A DNA stretch of 63,687 nt, filler included, from an uncultured Rhodopirellula sp. (GTDB lineage: Bacteria > Planctomycetota > Planctomycetia > Pirellulales > Pirellulaceae): NCBI GenBank assembly GCA_964007735.1. It is 13 parts of 13 records of this genome, joined end to end, with 100 filler letters (N's around TTAATTAATTAA, not from the genome) between each part and the next. Parts side by side here need not be neighbours in the genome. Positions count along the whole stretch, not along the records: positions 47,214 to 51,527 come from CAXGAI010000115.1; positions 51,628 to 55,897 come from CAXGAI010000116.1; positions 55,998 to 60,197 come from CAXGAI010000117.1; positions 60,298 to 63,687 come from CAXGAI010000121.1; 9 more parts are not named here. One strand, given 5' to 3'. Both the position numbers and the translations under genes were made by a program. The notes under the pieces were generated by a model. The model was not told where the DNA came from and did not search any database. It worked only from the letters and a program-made list of their open reading frames with translations. Below, piece after piece: positions 51,411 through 61,981 of this stretch (position 1 is the stretch's first letter; every line of letters begins with the position of its first letter).

Positions 51411-51527
51411 TGCTGCTTCGTTCTTCTTGGCCTTGCGCTGATCATCTTCCGTGCGGGCGGGCGATCGGACAAGGTTATGGCGCAAGTTCTGGTGCTTGCA
51501 GCTCTTGCCTTGGCCGCAGCCAATTAT

Positions 51528-51627
51528 NNNNNNNNNNNNNNNNNNNNNNNNNNNNNNNNNNNNNNNNNNNNTTAATTAATTAANNNNNNNNNNNNNNNNN
51601 NNNNNNNNNNNNNNNNNNNNNNNNNNN
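51528..51627. other. Artificial contig linker
   Basis: N44-TTAATTAATTAA-N44. Confidence 0.99.
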
Positions 51628-53048
51628 CTAAACGTATTTGCCGCACGATTCCATGCTGTTCGAACGGTCTTAACTTCACGACCAGCACTCAATTCGCTTT
51701 CGACGAAATTTCCACCGTGGAGAATTGCCTGGATGCTAATCCAGGGCTGGATTTGCTGCATCGTGTCGCGATTTTTGCTCAGTGCATACGGATTCATGCT
51801 TGGTGTTACCAGCATTGCGTGGCGGTTTGCGTACATTGCTGCGTTTAATTCGATCGCAAGCGATTTCAATTCAATCGCCTTGGATTGCAATTCGAAAAAC
51901 ATTGCTTGAAACCGCTCTTGCTCTGATTCTGATAAATTGCCGCCTTCAACTACAAGTCGCTCATCTTGCTTTCGAAAACCGGCTTCCAGACTGCCCAGCG
52001 CATCAGGAAGTTGAGAAACGGCCCGCTGAAGTGATTCGAGTTCCACATCGCTGGTTTCGGGTAGCTCCGCGGGAATGATCTGGTTGCCGATGACCGCTCT
52101 ACCCTGACCTCTAAGGCCTTCGGTTTGATCCACGATGGACTGTAGTTGGGCAAATGTCTGATTGACGGCAGTACTGATGTCGGCGTCCTGGATTTGAGCG
52201 AACATCTGCAGCCGTTGCAGCATGGATTCACCCTCAGCATTTGATTGAGTCAGAATGTTAAAGAAGCGATCGAATGTACCCATGAAGTTGCCTCGTGCAC
52301 CAGCAACAGGAATGGGAGAATGCGTAAGCGCGGCACTGGCATTTAATGAGATCGAGCGAAAGGCCTCGTATCGCCGCAATAATTCATTGACCCCTTCGTC
52401 TACCGGGTCAGGTGTAAACGATCCAGTGGAAGCCATAGCTTGGTTTCTCTTGGTATCCACTTCTTGTAGCCAGGCTAGCAACCCGCCAACCGTATCATCA
52501 TCCCCAACAGAATTCGACAGATCGCTTGGTGCGGCATACATGTATGCCATGTCGGCAACAGGCAGGCCAATGACTTTTCTCACATCGTTATGTTTCGCGT
52601 GAATGAACGGGATGTTTTCCCATTTTTCGCCTTCGACCATCCAGCTGTATACAAGTTCCGACGGTTTCCATGACCGTTTGCCTTCAGGGAATAGTTCTTT
52701 AAACCCGGAGTCATTTTTGAGAAGGCCGCCATCGGCCACTTTGAATTCCGTATAGCTGCGTAAGTCAAAGGTGACACTACCTTTGGCATCGTTGCAGATT
52801 TCTTCCACGATTTTTGAGGCGAAGGACTCAAACGGCATGATTCGGCCTTCGTAAAAGACGGGAATCCTCCTGAGAGAATTGACGACAACCTTGGGGTTGT
52901 CCGCGTTAGCCATGGGGGGGGGCACATGGATTCCTACGCCAAGTAGGAGAAAAAATAAAATCATCGTTATACGTCGAGCGTGTAACATCGGCAGGTTTCC
53001 GATTCCGGAAGAGGTTTTTACTGGATTGATATTCAACAAGTTAGCCAT
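51628..53048 (-). CDS. ccsA: N-terminal periplasmic region of a CcsA-type cytochrome c biogenesis protein, 3' truncated
   Basis: RIPVFYEGRIMPFESFA resembles the LPVxxxGRxKPxDTxA motif; WENIPFI; downstream of a ResB-like gene; WWD domain not visible. Confidence 0.6.
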
Positions 53049-53089
53049 AAAGAAATTGCTGTCCTCATTGCCGCAGGGCAATCGCTTTT

Positions 53090-55756
53090 CTATTCCTGAT
53101 TGTCCGCTTGAATCTCTGTTTGTTCTACGGGTTCGTCCGCGGTTGTTGATTTGTTTGCATCCGCTTGCTTTTCAGGTCGTTTGAAAAAATACGCTCGCAT
53201 ATAGAACATGATGGAGATACCGAGGACGAGAATTAGGCAACCGAAATACTTAATGGCACGTCCGGGGTCCCGATTCACGGTCAACACGCTGCGGTACAAG
53301 TCCGCTTTGCGGGACATCTTGGGCACGAATGTACTGTATTCCGGATCACCGGGCTTAAATGGGCCATTAAAGCTCTCCTGGAACAGTCGATAGCTTTGGC
53401 CATTAGTTGGGCTGTCAAACTGAACAGGTGCATTCATCGTTATATAGACGTCATGCCGGAATGATGACGATTGGCTCCAAAACAGACGATTACCCTCGGC
53501 ATCCAGCACAAGGGAGTCTGCCAAGTCAATTCCCGCAACGCGAAGATCTTCCACATCCGTACTGTCGACATTTGCACGCATCAAGTGGTGCGTATGGTGA
53601 GGGATTCTTGAATGATGGCCGATGTATCCCTGTGGATGAATCTCGGCTTGGATCCAAATCATCTTTTTAGCCGCGGGCGACAACAGCATTGAAACGGCAA
53701 ATTGTTCTTCACCGAGTGTTGTAACTTGTTTGCCGGGTGTTGGGGCGTTGTCTGTTGGCTCAAGTGGTAATTCAGAAACATGAGCCGAGCGAATAACACC
53801 TTCGTACATTGTCGAACCGGACTTTCGCTTGGACGCTGACCAAAACAGTATTTGCCGTTCCTCGTCGATCATGATTGCGCGTGGAGTATTCACACCTGAA
53901 ACGGTTCTCGGATTCATGTCTGAGCCATCAACGTTAACACTCCCAATGGTTCCCGTGAGCTGATTTGTCCAATATAGTGTGCCGGAACTGCGATCAAGAA
54001 TTAGCTTGTCGAGGCGCCCCTGAAGGGTAGCGATGCTACTCGTGTTGGAACCGTCTGTTTCAGACCGCATCAGTAAGGTGACAGTGCCACTTCGGCCACC
54101 GGACAGCGAGTCGGCCCAATACAAGTAATCTCCGCCAACAGCTATAGCCTGTGGATTACGTGGCCGCATGGGCGACTGACCTTGCGATGTGTCTCCACCC
54201 CGGGCAGATGTAAATTCGATTGTCTCAACAGACGGCGAATCCACAGCCGATGTCTGTATCCGGTTGTTTTTCTTATCGACCCAGTAAAGTCTATTGCCCT
54301 GACCATTGATGGTCAGGCCATGTGCATCCTGAATCTCATTATCGGCCGGTTCGCGTAACGCTTGTTCCGGATTGAACGCTTTTAATTCCATGGCCGAGGC
54401 CACCCCTCCGGAGGTCGAAGTGTGCCAGACGTTTCGCTCTACTCCCACGTCGATAAAATCAACCCAGCTGGAATAATGAGATGCCTGACTGGTGCCAGGG
54501 TCCAGTTTGCGTTCAAAGTCCTTCAGTCGAATACGGAATCCAATATCGATTGTCTTGGGCTCTAATTTGAGCGTGAAATGTTTGCCGGCGACGTCCTTAT
54601 GAAATAGCTGGCTTCGGGCGGGTTGATCCCCGGGGTCACCCGCGAACACTTGCAGCCAAACCTCTTCGACGACCGGTTCACCGCCATCGCCGGAAACGGT
54701 CATGCGAACATGAGCAGCCGTACCTTCTGAAAGTGGCGTATCACGTTCGAAGTTCTGAGGCACGTACTTCACACCAAGCTCATCCGACGAGATGAAGTCA
54801 TCCAAGTACATCGTTAGTTGTGCGATCGGCATCTTAAATGCGTTTACCGAATTCTCTTTTCCGAGCTTTAGTTCGCCTTGATCTGTATCCTCGATGGATA
54901 GCTTGCGTCGATTCCAAATTCGATAAATTAGTTTACGGTCTGAGGTTTGGAGCAATTCGATGCGACTGCTTGCACCGAAAGCCTGTAGTTGCTGCAGTTG
55001 CAGTTCAGAGAAATCAAACCAGAAATAACCGAAGATCTTGTTTTCGTGATCGACCTCGTTTACCTCTGGCCGATTTGCGAAGAGAGTCAGTGCATTTCCG
55101 ATAGCATCCCCGTTGTCATCTTCCAGCTGAAATATCAGAACTGGGCCGGTGGAGTTAGGTTGTGCGGAGGGGTCACTTGGATCAACAGAGGGCACGTATT
55201 GGACTATTCGGGCATTCAGGTTTTCTCCGAGCTCAGCGGAATTCCCGTTGGAAACAGCGGTGGACACATCAAAGCGATAAACCTGCCCTCTATACAATAG
55301 AGCTACCTGGCCGGATTCGCCGACGCTTCCTTCTGGGACACAAAGCTGAAATGCCTGATCTTGCTCAGGGCTGCCGGACAGCGAGAGAGACATTTTCCCG
55401 CCACCGACAACTTGCTCCATTCCAATTCCATATGGATATTTCTCTGTATCGCGTGCGTTGTTGACTTCGAGCGAAACGGGCCGGTAGGTGACATCGGCGG
55501 GGTCGGGTTGCACCGGTAATCCATCCGGTCCGATTTGTGGCTGAGCTGCCTGACTTGGCAGACTCAACATGACACGGGCAAACGGCACACGTGTAGGCAT
55601 TGAGTGATTTACAAAGTCCAGGATCTCGAGTTTGACACCATCCTGATCAAATAACAAGTCATCTGGTTTGTTCCGGTTAGCTAGTGGAAAAATCCAATCG
55701 GTAGACTTCCGGATTAACCACTTGTCAGGTGGTTCCTGTACTTCGCCGGTGGCCAG
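53090..55756 (-). CDS. ResB/CcsB-like cytochrome c biogenesis protein with an inserted YWTD-like propeller, 5' truncated
   Basis: FRIRLKDFERKLDPGTSQASHYSSWV ... ITMNAP ... YRLFQESF ... SVLTVNRDPGRAIKYFGC + TM + FYMR. Confidence 0.8.
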   Translation of the reverse strand: MATGEVQEPPDKWLIRKSTDWIFPLANRNKPDDLLFDQDGVKLEILDFVNHSMPTRVPFARVMLSLPSQAAQPQIGPDGLPVQPDPADVTYRPVSLEVNNARDTEKYPYGIGMEQVVGGGKMSLSLSGSPEQDQAFQLCVPEGSVGESGQVALLYRGQVYRFDVSTAVSNGNSAELGENLNARIVQYVPSVDPSDPSAQPNSTGPVLIFQLEDDNGDAIGNALTLFANRPEVNEVDHENKIFGYFWFDFSELQLQQLQAFGASSRIELLQTSDRKLIYRIWNRRKLSIEDTDQGELKLGKENSVNAFKMPIAQLTMYLDDFISSDELGVKYVPQNFERDTPLSEGTAAHVRMTVSGDGGEPVVEEVWLQVFAGDPGDQPARSQLFHKDVAGKHFTLKLEPKTIDIGFRIRLKDFERKLDPGTSQASHYSSWVDFIDVGVERNVWHTSTSGGVASAMELKAFNPEQALREPADNEIQDAHGLTINGQGNRLYWVDKKNNRIQTSAVDSPSVETIEFTSARGGDTSQGQSPMRPRNPQAIAVGGDYLYWADSLSGGRSGTVTLLMRSETDGSNTSSIATLQGRLDKLILDRSSGTLYWTNQLTGTIGSVNVDGSDMNPRTVSGVNTPRAIMIDEERQILFWSASKRKSGSTMYEGVIRSAHVSELPLEPTDNAPTPGKQVTTLGEEQFAVSMLLSPAAKKMIWIQAEIHPQGYIGHHSRIPHHTHHLMRANVDSTDVEDLRVAGIDLADSLVLDAEGNRLFWSQSSSFRHDVYITMNAPVQFDSPTNGQSYRLFQESFNGPFKPGDPEYSTFVPKMSRKADLYRSVLTVNRDPGRAIKYFGCLILVLGISIMFYMRAYFFKRPEKQADANKSTTADEPVEQTEIQADNQE

Positions 55757-55897
55757 GCTTTGGCTGATATTGTTGATTTAAAAAATCAACTTAACACTTT
55801 TTCTAACAAAGACTCTCTTTTATATTATTTTAAAAGCTTTGCACAAACATTTTCTGAGGATCCCTCTGCTGCTACAAATAAAGGTGAGTTGGGTTGG
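55757..55897 (+). CDS. Fragment of a parvulin/rotamase (SurA-like) PPIase, AT-rich, foreign to the contig
   Basis: FAQTFSEDPSAATNKGELGW. Confidence 0.65.
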
Positions 55898-55997
55898 NNN
55901 NNNNNNNNNNNNNNNNNNNNNNNNNNNNNNNNNNNNNNNNNTTAATTAATTAANNNNNNNNNNNNNNNNNNNNNNNNNNNNNNNNNNNNNNNNNNNN
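55898..55997. other. Artificial contig linker
   Basis: N44-TTAATTAATTAA-N44. Confidence 0.99.
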
Positions 55998-57043
55998 AGG
56001 ACCATTTCCGTTTCAGGACGGCACCCAAGACGGGGCAGGGGGCTAAGTTCGCAATCACGTTCGGTTCCGGGGCACGCTATGTGCCAATAAACGAGGGAAT
56101 CTGGCGTGTCATGGCAGAGACTCGGCCGATGGCTTATTTGGGACTCGGTGACAACGTCTACATCGATCAGACGAAACATCAAAATGTCCAGCGTTTGCAC
56201 TACTATCGTCGTATGTTGCGTCAGGAGTATCGCGAGCTGATTGCAAGCACAGCCATTTATGCTGTGTGGGATGACCATGACATGGGAGCGAACGACTCGG
56301 AAGGAAGTTACGGGTTGGACTCAAGCTGGAAGCGCCCGAACCTTAAGGTCTTTCAACAAAACTGGAACAATCCGTTCTATGGCGTCGAGCCGGATGCACC
56401 GGGAACTTATCACAACTTTCGGATTGGAGATGTGGAGGTGTTCATGACGGACGGTCGTTTTTATCGTCATGGCCCGAAAAGCGCGAAGCACGAGGTGGCG
56501 GACAAACCATTCACGATGCTCGGTCCGGTGCAAAAAAAGTGGCTACTCGACTCACTCAAGAAGTCAACGGCCACGTTTAAGGTGCTGGCCTCAGGGACGA
56601 TGTGGCATGCTGACGCTGACAAGGGGGGCGGTGATTCGTGGGCTGGCCCAAAGTCACCGTTTCAGAAAGAGCGTGATGAGATATTCGATTGGATAGACAG
56701 CGAGAAGATTAGCGGCGTGATTCTGATATCTGGCGATCGACATCGTACTGATATCTGGAAGACAGATCGACCAAATGGCTACCCATTATACGAATTTCTT
56801 AGCGCCAAATTGACCAATATGCACAGTCACGGTTCACGCAAAGAGGCACTATGGTCTTATTCAGGAAAAAATGAACGCTTTTGGGGACAGTTGGACTTTG
56901 ATACCACCGCAGCTGATCCAACGGTGACCTTTCGAGCGATCAATCACACGGGCAAGGAACTGAAAGCGTTTACGCTGACACTCGGCGAGTTGAATCACGA
57001 AGCCGCGAAAGCGGAGCAAAAACCACTAGGAGTTGAACCCTAA
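55998..57043 (+). CDS. PhoD-family alkaline phosphatase, 5' truncated
   Basis: [47 protein letters not shown]. Confidence 0.9.
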
Positions 57044-57235
57044 ACAATAACGTCCATGCTTTTGAAAGAATTTTGATAAGGGACTTGATACTCTGTTGCG
57101 TTACTCAACTATTCCATCCCATTCTTTTCCACACTATCCAAATCGGAATCTGTGGGTTCTAAAAATTTCTATAATTGGGTTCAGAGGGTGGCCAGAGAAA
57201 CAAGGTGCTGGTTTCTAAGGATATTTACTTCAGTT

Positions 57236-58339
57236 TTAGTTTTTTTGGTCCCGATCAATTTTTATTAGCTCACCAATCAGCTTGTCGCAAATACTGTGCG
57301 AGTTTTTGTCTTTCGAATTGGTGGCGACAATAAAAGTCCGGTCCAACTTGGGTGCGACCCAAACAACCGCATGCCACATCGAGTTGCTGCCGCTGTGGGT
57401 TAATACAACTCCTCTCCCCCAACTACGCTTAAGAACGATCCATCCACCGGCATATTGACCTGAAGGTGTTACTAACTTTTGAAGAAGTTTTTGATCGAAC
57501 AACTTTCCTTTCTGGTTCGGTAATTGCAGTGACAGAAATTTTGCCCAATCTTCCAATGTACAGTGTACCCGCCCCGCAGGACCCAATGATTGGGCATTAT
57601 CAAATTGCCTCGGCTGCCAATCACTCCCTGATCTGCGATGGCCCCAAGGTTGCTCGTTTTTCCCAAAAGCACCCGGTGGGCCAAACCCAGCGGTCTTCAT
57701 ATCAAGCGGCTTAAATATTCTTTTTTGCATCAGAGATTCCCAGGTATTTCCGGTCAATTTCTCAGCCATGCAGCCGGCAATCATGTAACCCAAATTAGAA
57801 TAATGATAGGCTCCCAACTTGATCGTTGGCTCCGCTTTAAGATTTTCCTTGAGGATTTCAAGGCGCCGTTTCTTTAGCTCCAAGTTTCGATGTTTCCACC
57901 AGTTCTCAGCATTGGCGGGCACTCTGGAACGATGAGTCAATAGTTGCCAAATGGTGATGGAATAATAGTCGGCGTGAATAGCCTCCTTTAGCTCCGGAAG
58001 AACTTCAATCAACTGAGTGTCCCACCTAATTAACCCCTCGCCGACCAAAGCCGCCAGCATTAGAGCAGTCATTGCTTTCGTACACGAACCTAGGTGTATA
58101 AGATCATGATTTGTGACCGTATCACGGGTGCCTATCTTACGAACTCCTTCAGAACCAATGGCGAGAATCCCCTCTGAAGAGGAAATTGCCGCGATGATAC
58201 CTGGAATCTTTTCTTGCAATATAACTTCCCTTAAAGCAGCGCTAATCTTTTCTGACTGGGATATAGGGTTTGATCGCTCATTGCTTATTCCAATACAAAC
58301 TACGAACTGAAAAAATAATAGTAGTACTAATGATTTCAT
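57236..58339 (-). CDS. Serine hydrolase, beta-lactamase/S12 family
   Basis: GSCTK (SxxK), LLTHRS, YSN, GPAG, HSGS. Confidence 0.9.
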   Translation of the reverse strand: MKSLVLLLFFQFVVCIGISNERSNPISQSEKISAALREVILQEKIPGIIAAISSSEGILAIGSEGVRKIGTRDTVTNHDLIHLGSCTKAMTALMLAALVGEGLIRWDTQLIEVLPELKEAIHADYYSITIWQLLTHRSRVPANAENWWKHRNLELKKRRLEILKENLKAEPTIKLGAYHYSNLGYMIAGCMAEKLTGNTWESLMQKRIFKPLDMKTAGFGPPGAFGKNEQPWGHRRSGSDWQPRQFDNAQSLGPAGRVHCTLEDWAKFLSLQLPNQKGKLFDQKLLQKLVTPSGQYAGGWIVLKRSWGRGVVLTHSGSNSMWHAVVWVAPKLDRTFIVATNSKDKNSHSICDKLIGELIKIDRDQKN

Positions 58340-58429
58340 CTCTGAGAGAATCCTACCCTACCATTCTTATTCAGAGAAGTTCAGAGGATCCTCATTATTT
58401 TGTCCTGAATAAAAAGGCATCAGAAGTAA

Positions 58430-60197
58430 TCAATTCATCCCAAGAACGAACGTTTCAGAATAGCGTAAGGCGCCTGTGTAAGCATCGTGGAACTGGAAAA
58501 TTACCTGCGGATGAGGGAATGCAAACCAGCGCTCCCCATTCCTCTCTACAGGATTATTAAAGACGTTATTGACTTGGACCACGCAGTAATGAGGGAAGGT
58601 ACGATTAGCTCTTGGGATGTCCACCATCGCATAGCTGCTCCAGCGGATATCGCAGGCGCGTGGACCGTACTTGAATCTACCATTAATTGGTCGCCCGCCT
58701 TCATCCTTCATAGGCGCATGATTAATGGAGTTGTGTGGGCCACTTGCAAATTCATAGACGTTATCAGTGATCTTAATAGCGAAGCTGTTGTGCAGATCAC
58801 CGGTGAGCACAAAAACGCCCTTATCGAGTTTGTCCCAAAATTCGATGAGTTCCTCACGTTCCTTCAAAAATACCGTCCAAGCATCATCCTTCTTAATGGT
58901 AAGCTGCTTATCGTCTCCTCCTCCACTGCCCACGTGTGGCACCATGAAGTTTACTGAAGAAACTATAAAGATAAAATCAGCCTCACTCTTGCTGATACCG
59001 TCCTTAAGCCATTTCAACTGTTGCTTGCCTAACATCGTGGCTTTGGGGTTAGCTGGTTTGTCCACATTATGAAGGTTACGATGTGAACGAGTATCGAGAA
59101 GGAAGAAATCGCAATTAGACACAGTGAACTTGCCGTAACAGCGGCGACCAATTGAATAGCTCGCATTGCCATCAGCCTTGGCCGGAGGATGAATGCGCAC
59201 CTTTGAGGAACTGAGTACCTCTACGATATCATACACTGCTGAATTCGGATCACCCGGTTCACTATCAAACTTGGCCTCAGGAACACCGGCCGTAGGAGTT
59301 CCCCAGTGCACATGCAGGTTTCCCATTTCCTTAAAGTTTAATTTTGTGAAATCCGCCTCCGGATCCTCAATGACATCGCTACCTTTCTTGAACTTGCCGG
59401 TACCGAACCAAGGGGACGCATTATGTTGCACGGGATTGGCCCATGCGAGGTAGTCGAACCAAGCTTTAGTAGCAATGTCCCGAAAAACCGCACGACGATT
59501 AACATAGCCCGCTTCACCTGCTCCATAAATGTCATTTATCAGTTCGTGGTCATCTGCAGTGTAGAAAGAGGGCACATGACGATGCCATTCACTCAAGTTG
59601 CGACCGCGAGCGAGGTAGGTCTTATAATTTTCCCAAACACCGACCAGCGTCGGCGCCTTTTGAACAATGCGTGGCGCCTCTAGCATTGTGTCGAGACCAA
59701 CCTGGCGTAGCCAATCTTTTGGAGGATAATCGCGCCGCTGTTCATAGAGCCAATCACCATTGAGAATAGCAAAATTAATGTTATCGCGCACTTTGGCATT
59801 CAACGTTTCAAAAACAGGCACGGTTGGGCCTGCGCCGTCACCGCCGCCGCCTTGGTTATTTCCACAGGCAAATTCAAATTTAAAATTAAAGAGCCCCTCG
59901 GGGTTACCCTTCGGATTCTTGAAGTCGACTGCGCTTGGCATGGTCCGGAAAGAACCTTCCAACTGATGATCAGCGATACGGTAGTAATAACGCGTATTGG
60001 GTTTGAGCTTATCGATCGTAATAATGGCTGTATTATCACGAGAAATATCGGTCGTCTCTACTGATGCTTCATGCGTAAATATCCTTTTCTTTGTACCGTA
60101 AAGAACCCTCACTTTGCCTGGCCGTTCGGTGCGAACCCACAGGCTCATGGAATCGGAAGCGGGTCGTCCGAGCATTGGCCCGTGCGTCACACGAGTC
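58430..60197 (-). CDS. PhoD-family metallophosphatase with internal insertion, 5' end at the linker
   Basis: HGPMLG, SFRTMP, FACGN, NGDWLYE, DDHE, LLDTRSHR, MLGKQQLKWL, DAW, TGDLH. Confidence 0.88.
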
Positions 60198-60297
60198 NNN
60201 NNNNNNNNNNNNNNNNNNNNNNNNNNNNNNNNNNNNNNNNNTTAATTAATTAANNNNNNNNNNNNNNNNNNNNNNNNNNNNNNNNNNNNNNNNNNNN
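60198..60297. other. Artificial contig linker
   Basis: N44-TTAATTAATTAA-N44. Confidence 0.99.
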
Positions 60298-60349
60298 GAT
60301 GAGTAATAAAACAGGGGAAGGCATGCCTTCCCCTGTTTTATTACTCATC
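60298..60349. repeat. Perfect 52-bp palindrome at the contig start (terminator core, possibly extended by fold-back)
   Basis: GATGAGTAATAAAACAGGGGAAGGCA|TGCCTTCCCCTGTTTTATTACTCATC, just downstream of the MaoC gene. Confidence 0.85.
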
Positions 60350-60364
60350 CGCTGTTAAGTGGGA

Positions 60365-60784
60365 TCAATCAATTTTTGCTGACGCGTAACCAATTGCTAC
60401 TACTTGTCCATTCTGATTACTGGTAGTGACATCAGCCTTGACGACCTGATCACCATCCTCCTCAGTTATTTCAGTTACAATTGCTGTTGCCGTCAAAGTG
60501 TCGCCTGGCCACACCTGAGAACGGAAGTCGAGACCAAATGTTTTTAGTCGTCCATCACCAACCCAGTTAGTGAGCATTTTTCCAGTCATACCCATAGTGA
60601 GCATGCCGTGAGCAAAAACTGTTGGATAACCCCCAACTTCCTTCGCGAACAGTTCGTCAGTGTGGAGTGGGTTGTAGTCACCTGATGTGCCTGCATACTG
60701 AACTAACTGTGTTCTCGAGAGGTCATGAACAATCACTTCCGAGTGCTCATCACCTACGTTTAGATTTCCTGCTTGTAATGACAT
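60365..60784 (-). CDS. MaoC-family hotdog dehydratase (catalytic-type subunit)
   Basis: YAGTSGDYNPLHTD...AHGMLTMG hydratase-2 motif; VWPGD. Confidence 0.92.
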   Translation of the reverse strand: MSLQAGNLNVGDEHSEVIVHDLSRTQLVQYAGTSGDYNPLHTDELFAKEVGGYPTVFAHGMLTMGMTGKMLTNWVGDGRLKTFGLDFRSQVWPGDTLTATAIVTEITEEDGDQVVKADVTTSNQNGQVVAIGYASAKID

Positions 60785-60803
60785 TTCTGTTTTCTCCCGT
60801 TTC

Positions 60804-61322
60804 TTAACCTTGGTCCACAACTCGCTCAGTCTGTATCCCAACTGAGCGCGCGGTCACTACTAATTCACCAGTTTGGTCCCGATATTCGGTGATTGATTCT
60901 GTGAAAATAAGTTTCCCTGCCCGTTTACTTTCCCTTTCCCAGCGTTCACCTGGACGGCTAGTGGGTGTTAATACATCACCGGGGCTTACGTTCCTGTGGT
61001 ACACGTAGTGCTGACCGCCATGCAAACCTGTGCCACCGCCACTTGTTCCGCCTGCGTCCCCTTGCAAATCTTCTTCTGGAGGTGCGTTGGATCCAGAAGG
61101 TTTTGAGCCGGAGCCAAACCATTTTTCACCGATCTTGGGCCGTAGTGACGCATCCGGATCATACTGGGAAGATGCCTGGACGAATGTTGGAGGTGCGATA
61201 ATACCGCCCGCCTCAGTCGTCTTGGCATATTCTTCGTCTGAGTAAATCGGATTCTTGTCGCCGACGGATCGAGCAAACATCATTATGTGACCGGCTTCCA
61301 CCGGAAATTTATCCACTGCCAT
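60804..61322 (-). CDS. MaoC-like (FAS1-type N-terminal) dehydratase partner subunit
   Basis: VEAGHIMMFARSVGDKNPIY, APPTF, LHGGQHY.YHR..PGD, YRDQTGELV. Confidence 0.88.
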   Translation of the reverse strand: MAVDKFPVEAGHIMMFARSVGDKNPIYSDEEYAKTTEAGGIIAPPTFVQASSQYDPDASLRPKIGEKWFGSGSKPSGSNAPPEEDLQGDAGGTSGGGTGLHGGQHYVYHRNVSPGDVLTPTSRPGERWERESKRAGKLIFTESITEYRDQTGELVVTARSVGIQTERVVDQG

Positions 61323-61431
61323 ATGTACCCCTTTCTGGCCGTTTCAATTGAATGTACCGTCAGATTGTAACGATAGGTGCTAGAACTTGCGACTGGCTCC
61401 AGATCAAAGAACCCGTAAGTCAAGATTGTTA

Positions 61432-61905
61432 CTAGATCTTTCCGTGATCCCAGGACCGATAACGTACCGGAGTTATCTTCACCACAACTCGCTTATAAGC
61501 GGCAGGTGGCAGGTCAGCAGCCTCATCGTTCGATGTGCTGCCACTTTTTGAATCCAACTGATCCGAATGTTTGAGGCCAATCAAACGCATTATTTTTGCG
61601 GTGTGTGCTGGTTCTCTGATCACCTCGGCGGTGCCATCTATCGAGACCCCCTTGATCTCGTTGTACTCGTGACCTGAGTCCGTTACGACCGTGATTCTAG
61701 CGTCTCGTTCTAGATTCATGATTTTTTGGGATTTTCCATAGGTGGTGAACGAAATCGAACCATCTTCGTCCACTACGAACCACATTGGCGCCAAGTGTGG
61801 AGTTCCATCAGGGTTGATGCTAGCTACTTGAAGTACTCGCTCGTGCATAAGCATCTCACGAATTTCATCAGTGGATAGTTCGATTGCATTGCGTCGACTT
61901 GGCAT
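61432..61905 (-). CDS. Pyridoxamine 5'-phosphate oxidase-like (PPOX-class, possibly F420-binding) protein
   Basis: ASINPDGTPHLAPMWF, SQKIMNLERDARI, GVSIDG.A, SWDHGKI. Confidence 0.88.
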   Translation of the reverse strand: MPSRRNAIELSTDEIREMLMHERVLQVASINPDGTPHLAPMWFVVDEDGSISFTTYGKSQKIMNLERDARITVVTDSGHEYNEIKGVSIDGTAEVIREPAHTAKIMRLIGLKHSDQLDSKSGSTSNDEAADLPPAAYKRVVVKITPVRYRSWDHGKI

Positions 61906-61981
61906 GTTGTTATCTGCTCCAGCTCTCTAATTATGTATCTCTGGGAAGAGTCTAATCATTTTAGGTCAATCCGAACACCCT

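Noticed and set aside
50585..51523. Flagellin fused to an enzyme-like domain (flagellinolysin-type)
   Set aside because: No flagellin N-terminal domain and no HExxH. The ORF changes character at about 51154 and 51410, and the last piece reads better as a membrane fragment on the + strand. An in-frame chimera is simpler.
6181..60297. Recurring TTAATTAATTAA palindrome as a biological repeat or CRISPR-like array
   Set aside because: It is always centred in 44+44 N; it is a synthetic all-frame-stop linker. ORFs ending in LIN are artefacts of it.
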